The notes below the pieces were generated by a model. The model saw only the letters and a program-made list of their open reading frames with translations. It was not told the origin of the DNA and did not search any database. A DNA stretch of 32,478 bases from Craspedostauros australis (Eukaryota), in the NCBI GenBank assembly GCA_030167865.1, contig JALAGF010004938.1, positions 1 to 32,478 of the forward strand, in the 5' to 3' direction. Positions 22,428 through 30,856 of this stretch are shown piece after piece. The translations under genes were made by a program, and so were the position numbers. Each line of letters begins with the position of its first letter. Position 1 is the stretch's first letter.

Positions 22428-23255
22428 ATGATTCTCAATTTCAACGACGCCGTTCTGTACGAGAATGACGTCGCCATCCTGAAGAACAAGACCGAATGGC
22501 TGAACGATGCCATCGTCCATTTCTACTTCACGTATCTGCAGCACCAGCTGCAAGAGAAGAGCTCCGCGCCGAAGGTGACAATGCTGAAGTTCTTGGATCC
22601 GAGTGTTGTCAACTTCTTCATGCACCAATGCATCGATGACGATGACATCGAAGACTTTGCAGGCGGATTCGAGGTACCCGGAACCAAATCAGCGTCAACA
22701 ACGTCAGCAACCTCGGCAACGTCTGGCATGATCTTCATCCCCATCAACGACAGTCTTGGAAGTCCCACCGCATGGCAACGAGCCGGATCTGGATCACACT
22801 GGAGTCTACTCGTTATTGTGATTAGTTCGGATGATGCCATGGGCGCATCGTCGCCACCCCCACCAGTACCAGCTCAGCACCAGTGCTCGTTCTGGCACAT
22901 GGATTCAATGGCGCCCGGCAACGAACGCGTGGCTCGGATGGTTGCGCGCAAGTTTCAGAATCACATCATCCATCCCAAGCTCAAGACGGATTTCCGATTC
23001 CTGCAAGCCGCGGACGTTCCGCAACAGGAGAATTCGTACGATTGTGGGTTGCACACCTTGGTCGCTGCTGAGCTCGTCGCTCGTCGCTGTCTGGACCGCC
23101 AAGTATCGGGACCGTCGAGAATACCCCCGCTTCCGGACGCCATGCTCGATTTCGAATCCGCCCTGCGCACAGCATTCAAAGAAGAAGCGAGCATGTGTTC
23201 CAACCTCCGCAGAAGGATCCTGGACATCGTTGAGGATCTTGCCAATGCAGAATGA
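22428..23255 (+). CDS. SENP8: NEDD8-specific protease (Ulp1/C48 family, SENP8/NEDP1-like)
   Basis: ILNFNDAVLYENDVAIL...WLNDAIVHFYF; catalytic triad His (GSHWSLLV), Asp (HMDS), Cys (QQENSYDCGLH). Short protein consisting of the catalytic domain only. Confidence 0.85.
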   Translation: MILNFNDAVLYENDVAILKNKTEWLNDAIVHFYFTYLQHQLQEKSSAPKVTMLKFLDPSVVNFFMHQCIDDDDIEDFAGGFEVPGTKSASTTSATSATSGMIFIPINDSLGSPTAWQRAGSGSHWSLLVIVISSDDAMGASSPPPPVPAQHQCSFWHMDSMAPGNERVARMVARKFQNHIIHPKLKTDFRFLQAADVPQQENSYDCGLHTLVAAELVARRCLDRQVSGPSRIPPLPDAMLDFESALRTAFKEEASMCSNLRRRILDIVEDLANAE

Positions 23256-23415
23256 CGGTTTCACCCATCACGCCGATGATGAGGCAGCTTGGAGAAGCAT
23301 GTGCATTTCAATAGAGGACAGCAGAGCAGTGCAATGTAAATGCTGGTATAGTGGGAGGATAGACGAATGTAGTGATGCTAGTGATGCTTGCTGTAATGGT
23401 TATGACCGCCTTGGC

Positions 23416-25383
23416 TCATTCTGCTTCGGCTTTGGCCTTGTTGTTCGCCGCCTTCCGTGCGGCGGCCTCTCTCAGCTTGTCCTTCTTGCTCTTGCGACGA
23501 CCCTTGACGCCACCGTACATCTTGTCATGTGCGAGGCCCTTGTCAGAATGCTCCACACCAGGCACCTCCTGCGTCGAAGCCTTCGACCCGATGCTCCACC
23601 TGTCTTCGTTCGGTTCAAATCCCGGCAAATTCTCGCGATCCACCGATTGCGGAAGATGCCGCTTCTCGATGAGGTTGAGATGGGCTTCAGTCTCTGGCGT
23701 TACGAACGTGATCGCAGTGCCATGCTGGCCGGCTCGACCAACACGCCCGATGCGATGCACAAAGTCCGCGGTCGATCGTGGCAGATCGTAGTTCACCATG
23801 ACGGGCAAGTTGCTGATGTCGATACCACGGCTGGCAACGTCGGTGGCCAGCAGCACGCGGATCTTGCCACGCTTCAGATCCTTCAGCCGACGCGATCGCG
23901 CATCCTGGTCCAGCTTGCCATGCAGTTCGGCGCTGAGGATGCCAGCACGCTTCAGCTTCCGGCTCACATGCTCGGCGGAGTATCGCGTGGAGACGAAGAC
24001 AAGAACGCGATCCCAAGATGGGTTGTCCTCCAACAGCGTGCGCAGCGCCTGGGTGCGTGCTGGGCGTTCCAACCGGATCGTCCTCATGGCGATGGTCGAT
24101 GCGGGACCAACGCTTTGCAATTGCTGAAACGATGATGAGTTGACCGAGGATCGTTCCAGCTTCTTTTGCAGGCTCGAAGATACCTCTTCCTGCACCATTC
24201 GGTCTGAACTGGAACACGAAATACGAAGGATGGGAACGTCCTCATCATCGTTGCGGATCGAATAGATACGTCGCAGAACTTGATTGACGCGGGGTTCGAT
24301 TTGCTTGGGGAAGGTTGCCGAGAACAGCCACGATTGAACCTTCTTCTGGGTCGGCAGAAGCTTCAAGACTGCATCCAGCTCTGAATTGAAGGCGCGGCCA
24401 AGCAATCTGTCGGCCTCGTCCACGATGAAATAGTCCAAGTCTTCCAGCAGATTCAGCAGCTGCCCTCTGCCGTCGTCATCATCGCGATCCAGTTTCAACG
24501 ACTCGATCTGCTCCAGGCTCAGCGACGCATCGTTTTCATCATCACCAAACGCATCCAGCAATCGTCGTTCCAGCGCAGCATCCAGCGCCGATGAATCCCC
24601 CTTCTCTGTTGCGTAGTACGTCAAAACATCGACCAATCGACCAGGTGTCGCGATGAGCACATCCAATGTCTCATCATTCCTTGCCAAGTCGGCAAGCTTG
24701 GAAATTTGCGGTTCCAATGGGATGCCACCGTAGATGGAGAGAATGTTCCACCGTTGCTTGCGCTTGGTTGTGGAAACGTTGTTGGCCAAGTTGTAAACGA
24801 CGGAACCAATCTGTTCGGCCAATTCTCTCGTGGGGCACAGGATCAACGAGGAGATGCGCGCCATGGACTTTTGTTTTCGATGCTGTGGTCGCGGTTGCGT
24901 CAGGAGGTTGTTCAACAACGGCAACACGTATGCGGCTGTTTTACCGGATCCTGTGGGCGCCTCACACCACAATGCGTCGGCTGCGACTGCGGTCGCGCCA
25001 TTGCTGCTATCGGTATCGTCGTCGCTGCTCAGCGCGGTGCTGTAAAAGTCGTCTTCGTCTTCATTGCCGCCGGCTCTTCCTTCATATGCATGACGAAGAA
25101 GCTTTGGAATGGCCAACTGCTGCACTGGTGTGGGATGAATCCAGTTTGGCTGGGATCTGACTGATGACAGTACCTCCGGCGGCAATCCTAGATCAGCGAA
25201 CGTATCCAAGCTGGTGAAACTATCCTCTGCGTCTACGTTTGTGCTGCTGCGTAGCCATGACGGTGTTTGAAAGCGTGCATTCTGACGGTTGGACAGAGAC
25301 AGTGGCTGAAATGCATCAGCAGAGGATGGCCGACGCACTCCCTGTGCGATCAACAGCAGAAGCAGACTCGTCGCGAACATCAT
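23416..25383 (-). CDS. DEAD-box ATP-dependent RNA helicase (RhlE-like), probably plastid-targeted
   Basis: Q motif (FADLGL...PTPVQ), APTGSGKT, PTRELA, TPGRL, DEAD, SAT, ATDVASRGID, HRIGRVGRAG. Signal peptide followed by ADA-FQP. Single exon. Confidence 0.95.
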   Translation of the reverse strand: MMFATSLLLLLIAQGVRRPSSADAFQPLSLSNRQNARFQTPSWLRSSTNVDAEDSFTSLDTFADLGLPPEVLSSVRSQPNWIHPTPVQQLAIPKLLRHAYEGRAGGNEDEDDFYSTALSSDDDTDSSNGATAVAADALWCEAPTGSGKTAAYVLPLLNNLLTQPRPQHRKQKSMARISSLILCPTRELAEQIGSVVYNLANNVSTTKRKQRWNILSIYGGIPLEPQISKLADLARNDETLDVLIATPGRLVDVLTYYATEKGDSSALDAALERRLLDAFGDDENDASLSLEQIESLKLDRDDDDGRGQLLNLLEDLDYFIVDEADRLLGRAFNSELDAVLKLLPTQKKVQSWLFSATFPKQIEPRVNQVLRRIYSIRNDDEDVPILRISCSSSDRMVQEEVSSSLQKKLERSSVNSSSFQQLQSVGPASTIAMRTIRLERPARTQALRTLLEDNPSWDRVLVFVSTRYSAEHVSRKLKRAGILSAELHGKLDQDARSRRLKDLKRGKIRVLLATDVASRGIDISNLPVMVNYDLPRSTADFVHRIGRVGRAGQHGTAITFVTPETEAHLNLIEKRHLPQSVDRENLPGFEPNEDRWSIGSKASTQEVPGVEHSDKGLAHDKMYGGVKGRRKSKKDKLREAAARKAANNKAKAEAE

Positions 25384-25497
25384 GATTAGTCCCTCGGTCT
25401 CGCAATGACTCAGTCGTTATGAGCTTCTCCTTTCGTATGGGTGTTGGCGTGTCGATCGGAGTGATGCTACTCCAGAAAGGGGTAACTGTCACGCGAC

Positions 25498-25543
25498 GTG
25501 ATGTGATGTGATGTGATGTGATGTGAGATGAGATGAGGTGAGA
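25498..25543 (-). repeat. (CATCA)n/(CATCT)n pentanucleotide microsatellite
   Basis: GTGATGTGATGTGATG...GAGATGAGATGAG on the + strand, lying between the divergent helicase and aldolase genes. Confidence 0.9.
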
Positions 25544-25874
25544 GAAGAAGCGTCCTCCCGCAGCCCTTCCCCAGCGGGTGATGTGTGGGTATTCTCTCTT
25601 TTCCGACTGCAGAATTTTGGTGGCAACAAAGAAATCGCCAGCGTTTCGCCAAAACGAATGGTTGGCTTCCATTGTAGTCGAACGGGTCAAACGGCCGCGA
25701 CTTCGAAAAAGTATCTTCTGTTGGTCGGAGTTGTGGCGCATTTCTTCTGTTTGCGATCTTCGATGTGCGGTGTTCTTGGTGACTCGAAGCATCACTTCGC
25801 GGCATCAGGTCTCACCCATCCGGATCCATCGTCTGCTCCCTCCATGCAAAGTATGGTTGGATGAAAGGCAAGGG

Positions 25875-27071
25875 ATGAGGCAAGCACCGATTGCTCCTGG
25901 AGGCATCGTTTCATCGTTGTCGCTCTTGCTTTTGTTGGTGGCGTCGGAGGTGTTACTGCAGCAAACGGCGGTATTTGTGGATTGCTTTGTCGCCGTTCAG
26001 CACAGAGACAGCAAGCGCGGCTCAACAGAAGCAGCAGCAACACCAGCAGCAACACCAGCAGCAACGGCAACAGCAACGGCGTTTATAGCAGCAACAAAAC
26101 CATCCATAAGAACAAGATCAAGATCAAACGCTCCACTGAGAACATCACCAGTCTCATCATCATCAACTTGCATTGGAAGCCGCAGCTCCAGCGAAGGCGG
26201 CGAGAGTTCCACCTTCGCCATGTCGCACCACCGCAGCCTCAAGCAATTTCTGAAGCATGGCGGCAGAGCCTATGGCCCAGTCATCATGAGCGATTCGCCA
26301 GTTGTGGTGGAGATGCTGTCGCTGGTAGGATACGATCATTTGGTGATCGACTTTGAACACTCGCCGAGCGATTTGCATTCCAACAATGGCATATCATTGC
26401 TGCGTGCTGCAGATGCGTCGGCGAGCAACCGGCGAACGGAATGCATCGTACGGTTGGCAGGCCATGATGTGGTTGGGATGAAGAAGTTGCTGGACATCAT
26501 GAAGCTTCCGGGTGGCGTTCTCGTTCCGATGGTAGAGGATGCTGCGACTGCACGCGAAGTCGTGGCGTCGACACGATATCCAAAGCAGCTCAAGCGTGAC
26601 AGTGGCAATCCGAAACCTCAGAATAACATCGATGGCATCCGTGGTTGTGCCGCGCCATTCGTACGTGCGACTGGATGGGGCATGGCCGTATCCATGGACG
26701 AGTACATGGAACAAATTTGCAATGACCTGTTGGTCATGGTGCAGGTAGAAAGCGCGGAAGGCGTGGAGAGCATCGAGGAGATTGCCTCTGTGGATGGCAT
26801 CGACGGGATATTTCTCGGCCCATTTGATCTCTCCACATCAGTAGGGCGCATGGGGCAATTCGAGGACGAAGAAGTGCAACAGTTGATCAAAAACGCAGAA
26901 GACAAGGTGTTGCAGTCGGATTGCTTCTTGGCAGGATTCCGCCCTCCGACGATGACTCTGCACGGCATGTTCGACAGAGGCTACAGCCTTGTGTGCGGCT
27001 CATTAGACGTTGGCCTTTTGAAGGCTGCCGCTCAGCAGGACATCGAAGCTGCGAATGAAGCAAGGAATTGA
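25875..27071 (+). CDS. HpcH/HpaI-family class II aldolase, probably plastid-targeted
   Basis: EMLSLVGYDHLVIDFEHSP, GVLVPMVE, GIRGCA, VQVESAEGVESIEEIASVDGIDGIFLGPFDLSTSVG. Hydrophobic N-terminus ends near VDC-FVA and is followed by an Ala/Thr/Ser-rich transit-like region with AATP repeats. Confidence 0.9.
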   Translation: MRQAPIAPGGIVSSLSLLLLLVASEVLLQQTAVFVDCFVAVQHRDSKRGSTEAAATPAATPAATATATAFIAATKPSIRTRSRSNAPLRTSPVSSSSTCIGSRSSSEGGESSTFAMSHHRSLKQFLKHGGRAYGPVIMSDSPVVVEMLSLVGYDHLVIDFEHSPSDLHSNNGISLLRAADASASNRRTECIVRLAGHDVVGMKKLLDIMKLPGGVLVPMVEDAATAREVVASTRYPKQLKRDSGNPKPQNNIDGIRGCAAPFVRATGWGMAVSMDEYMEQICNDLLVMVQVESAEGVESIEEIASVDGIDGIFLGPFDLSTSVGRMGQFEDEEVQQLIKNAEDKVLQSDCFLAGFRPPTMTLHGMFDRGYSLVCGSLDVGLLKAAAQQDIEAANEARN

Positions 27072-27744
27072 TTCATCAGACTTCCCGAAATTCACCTCAA
27101 TACGTCGTCCCTTCATCCAATCAATACAGCCCCATTTGGTGGAGCGATCAGCGTACGAATACGAGTACGAGGTTGGAGATCGGAGACGGTTTGTTGAATA
27201 AACAAGCAACAAGCGAAACGCAGCAAATGGTCTCCACACGTGTTGCCAAATTGAAAGTGAAACATTGTCCAAACTATTGTGGATGTGTCGATCTCAACTC
27301 AATTCTTACGGTTTGGGCATTTCGAAACGAATCTGTCGGTCAAGGAAAAGACAGATTCGAAGGGAGTGTACCATTTTAGTGACCAGCGACCTGATGCTTG
27401 CTCTTATTACTTTGTGAAAGCGGTCAGACGACGATTAGGCGGGACGCACGAACGCTACCACAGAACAACTGGGACCAAAGTTGGTGCAGTCCCGTGTCAG
27501 ATTTGATCGTGGGCTCTTTCGATTTCTCTCGACACGACGCCACCAAACGGTCACATCGGTTGACGTGTCCCCTCTCCTGAGTCATTGGTGACCTGCGCAC
27601 CGACCATCACAACCACCCCTCCGTCTCCTTCTTTTGGTCTGCCAGCAGCTCATGTGGGGTTGCAGACGAGAGGCCACTTAATCGAACATCTCCATACACC
27701 TAGTCAGACACCAACAGCGGATCGCAGCGCATGTGATAACAGTG

Positions 27745-29427
27745 ATGCACAAATCCCGCACTTCATCCACACTATCCGATAGGACCGATGAAGACGGCGC
27801 TTCCCAATCACCGAGGGATCTCAATGACAACCATGACGAGCGCCATGAGAACCAAACTGAGGTACCAAAGCTCACTGAAAGTCAGTTCTGGCTCAGCATC
27901 TTTGCGATATGCGCGGTGTCCGCAACCCAGGCATGGCTGATCATCAGCATCTTTCCGTACAGCGGCTTCATGGCAATCGAACTCATCGACGGTGTCAACG
28001 AAGAAAATGCAGGATCCTACGCAGGGATGCTCGCTTCTGCCTTCATGGCTGGTCGGGCCCTGACGTCTGTTGCTTGGGGAAAGATTGCCGATACGTACGG
28101 ACGCCGATTTGTCCTCATCATCTCCTTGATCATCGGCTGCTTCTTGTCCGTGCTCTTCGGGACTGCCTCGTCGTTTCCTTTGGCCGTCTTTTGGCGCTTC
28201 ATGATGGGCCTTTGCAGTGGCCTGTCCGGTACGGCCAAGACCTGCATATCGGAGTTGGCGCAGGGCAACGGCGGATTGGAAACCACAGGCATGAGCTTGA
28301 TGGTGGGAATGTGGGCATGGTCTTTCCTCTTCAGCCCGGCGCTGAGCGGATTGCTATCGGAACCGGTCAAGGCGTATCCCCACTCTGCGATCGTGCAGCA
28401 ATTCCACGGATTCTTATCAGAGTATCCCTTCATCCTGCCCAACCTGGTGTCCGTGATAATGTGCATCTTCGCTCTCTTTGCCGTCAGCTCCTTCGTGCCA
28501 GAAACGCTGCCGCCACAACGAAAACGAAGTCCGAAATATATGGTGGGTGATATTGTTCGGAGCGTATGCGAGTTCTTCACATCTCGCCTTGCTTCTTCAA
28601 AGCGTCACAACAAAGAAGAAACGGGTGGTCTCATGAAGACAGAAAACGGGGCTTCAATTGCGTACGGAACAGCGCAAACAGAATCCAAACACGAATTGGA
28701 AAGTGCAAAAGCTACTTGCACACCCGCCGATATCCCGAAGGCAACAATCGCCCAGATTTGGTGTAACACCAACACCGGGACCCACCTCATCGTGTACTGG
28801 ATATTCTCCTTCGTCGTGGTGGCGGTCGATGAGGGGTTTCCGTTATTCTGCATCAGTCAACATGGAGGATTGAAATTATCTGAGGTTGGCATCGGCAAGA
28901 TCCTCTCAACGAGCGGCTTCATCTTCGCAGTGTGCCAATACTCCGTCTACAACAAGGTCGTGGACCGCGTTGGATTGAAAAGATCGGTCCAGATCGGAAG
29001 CATCGTCGCAGGGCCATTGCTGATGCTCATTCCGCTCTCACTTATATTGAATGCATCCGCCGGCAACAACGGCGACCAAGATGCGACCAGCGGCAGCAGT
29101 AGCAGGGACAATGACTTGTCCTGGTCGGCGTACCTGTTCCTGAGCATCGTCCTGGCGCTGTACAGAATCTTCAGCTCGATGTTCTTTTCGAGCATCACGG
29201 TGTTGACGAATCGTACCGTCTTACCCGAACAGCGTGGGACAATGAACGGCCTCAGCATGTTGGGAGGGAGTATCGCCAAGGGACTGGCACCGACGTTTGT
29301 AGGGTTGTTGGTGTCCTTTTGCATCTCATCCGGTGTGTTTGCGCCACGCATTGGTGGCAGCATGATATTCGCGGTGCTTTCATGCATGGGATGCGGTGTT
29401 GGTTACACAGCCTACAAGATCATGTGA
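27745..29427 (+). CDS. Major facilitator superfamily transporter (zinc-induced facilitator-like/DHA1)
   Basis: About 12 hydrophobic segments; SIFPYSGFMA, AGSYAGMLASAFMAGR, MFS motif A WGKIADTYGRR, YPFILPNL, QRGTMNGLSMLGGSIAKGLAP. Confidence 0.92.
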   Translation: MHKSRTSSTLSDRTDEDGASQSPRDLNDNHDERHENQTEVPKLTESQFWLSIFAICAVSATQAWLIISIFPYSGFMAIELIDGVNEENAGSYAGMLASAFMAGRALTSVAWGKIADTYGRRFVLIISLIIGCFLSVLFGTASSFPLAVFWRFMMGLCSGLSGTAKTCISELAQGNGGLETTGMSLMVGMWAWSFLFSPALSGLLSEPVKAYPHSAIVQQFHGFLSEYPFILPNLVSVIMCIFALFAVSSFVPETLPPQRKRSPKYMVGDIVRSVCEFFTSRLASSKRHNKEETGGLMKTENGASIAYGTAQTESKHELESAKATCTPADIPKATIAQIWCNTNTGTHLIVYWIFSFVVVAVDEGFPLFCISQHGGLKLSEVGIGKILSTSGFIFAVCQYSVYNKVVDRVGLKRSVQIGSIVAGPLLMLIPLSLILNASAGNNGDQDATSGSSSRDNDLSWSAYLFLSIVLALYRIFSSMFFSSITVLTNRTVLPEQRGTMNGLSMLGGSIAKGLAPTFVGLLVSFCISSGVFAPRIGGSMIFAVLSCMGCGVGYTAYKIM

Positions 29428-30856
29428 GAACAATGCGGGAGGCTGCAGTCATCGGCAGTTCGATGGCAGCAGCAGCAACATGAGTAGCTGGAGACTACGA
29501 CAGCGGAGAGAGCACAGATCCCAGATCGCGCCGCATATCTCAACGCAAGATGAAGGTAGAACAATCGTGTGCCAGCAAATAACTCGTAGAGTAGAGCAGC
29601 TACAACTTCGTTGAACATCGGTTTGAACATCGGACGCCCTGCCGAGCGTGTTCGTACTCGTATCTCGAACGGAATAGTTGCAGAGAGTCATGAGTGGTCC
29701 CAGAAACATGTTCCGCGCAACTCCAAGACACCAATCCCGGATCCCGAAGCGCTGGCGTGAGCGTTGATTGACAAGAGCAGCCAAAGTCCAACAAGCCGAA
29801 CGGGGAGCCCAAACGGCGGCGATTCGTAAGATGGGAGTCGTTGGAGCGAAGCTGACGTTCGATGGGATCGCCACTGTGTTTGCGATGCGATATTGATGAC
29901 GCCGGTATTGACGATGACAACGGTCTCGGTGTTCGATAGGGAGAAATCGAATGGGCTCCGTCCCCGATGGCCAGTATTCCTCCTAGCACAGTATGGAAGG
30001 AATCAACGTGACTCAGTGACCGATACTTTCGGAGCAGCATCTCAGAAAGCGAGGGCTTGGTTGGATGCGTCTGGTGTCGGTTTGTTGGGAACTTGTTCGC
30101 AAAATGAGTGACGATTTCTACCTCACACTTTCTTTCTTTCTTCAACGGCGAATCTTCGTCACGAACGAGAGATAGTATCTCCGAAATGATCAATCCACGC
30201 ACGACTTCGACTACTTTGTTTATCCGAAAAACGAAATCAGCGATTGTGTCGGCATCCACGGAACGAGATGGTTTTGGTGTCAGCGAAAGTCATTCTGGTT
30301 GTGTTCGTCACGTTGTTGCCGAAAAGGTCTTCTTCATGTAGCAACTACGGGTAACAACTGCTGCCGAACCTATTCTCTTGCTTTGGTTGCTCTTGAGGTT
30401 GCGGCACATCATCGCAACCACAATCAGGGACATCGTTATCGCCATGACCACCACCAACCGCAACATTCCTCCGGTGGCTTTCCGGCATCGTCATCGGCAT
30501 ATGTATTATCTAATGCAATGCTCAGCGACATGATGCGATCGCGGGAGCGGAGTTTGTTTCTGATCAACCCAACCACAACGATGGTGCCCGTGTCCTGTTG
30601 AACACCAACGCAGCAGGATCACCACCATCATCATGATCATCACCATCATGATCTGATGCAGCATCTTCAAAGGGCGACAGCCAACACTCGCCCCACATGC
30701 TTCATCACATGCATCATCGGATTACACCTTCTATTCTGATCATCCAACACTCATAAAAAGTTTGAGCTGACCAACGCAAACGCAAACAACACACAAGCAA
30801 CAACACATCGCAAGCGTCAAAATCAAACAACCAAGCCACTAAGCGCCCAAGCAACC

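Noticed and set aside
22831-24135. 434-aa plus-strand ORF
   Set aside because: It overlaps SENP8 out of frame and is antisense to the helicase; a shadow ORF with no recognisable motifs.
15087-25383. Prokaryote-style Argonaute defence operon (Ago + protease + helicase)
   Set aside because: The gene has spliceosomal introns and eukaryotic AGO motifs. The helicase is on the opposite strand with a plastid presequence, and SENP8 is a housekeeping deneddylase.
29600-30259. 219-aa minus-strand ORF
   Set aside because: GTG start, no recognisable domain and no convincing splice partner, so it is not called as a CDS.
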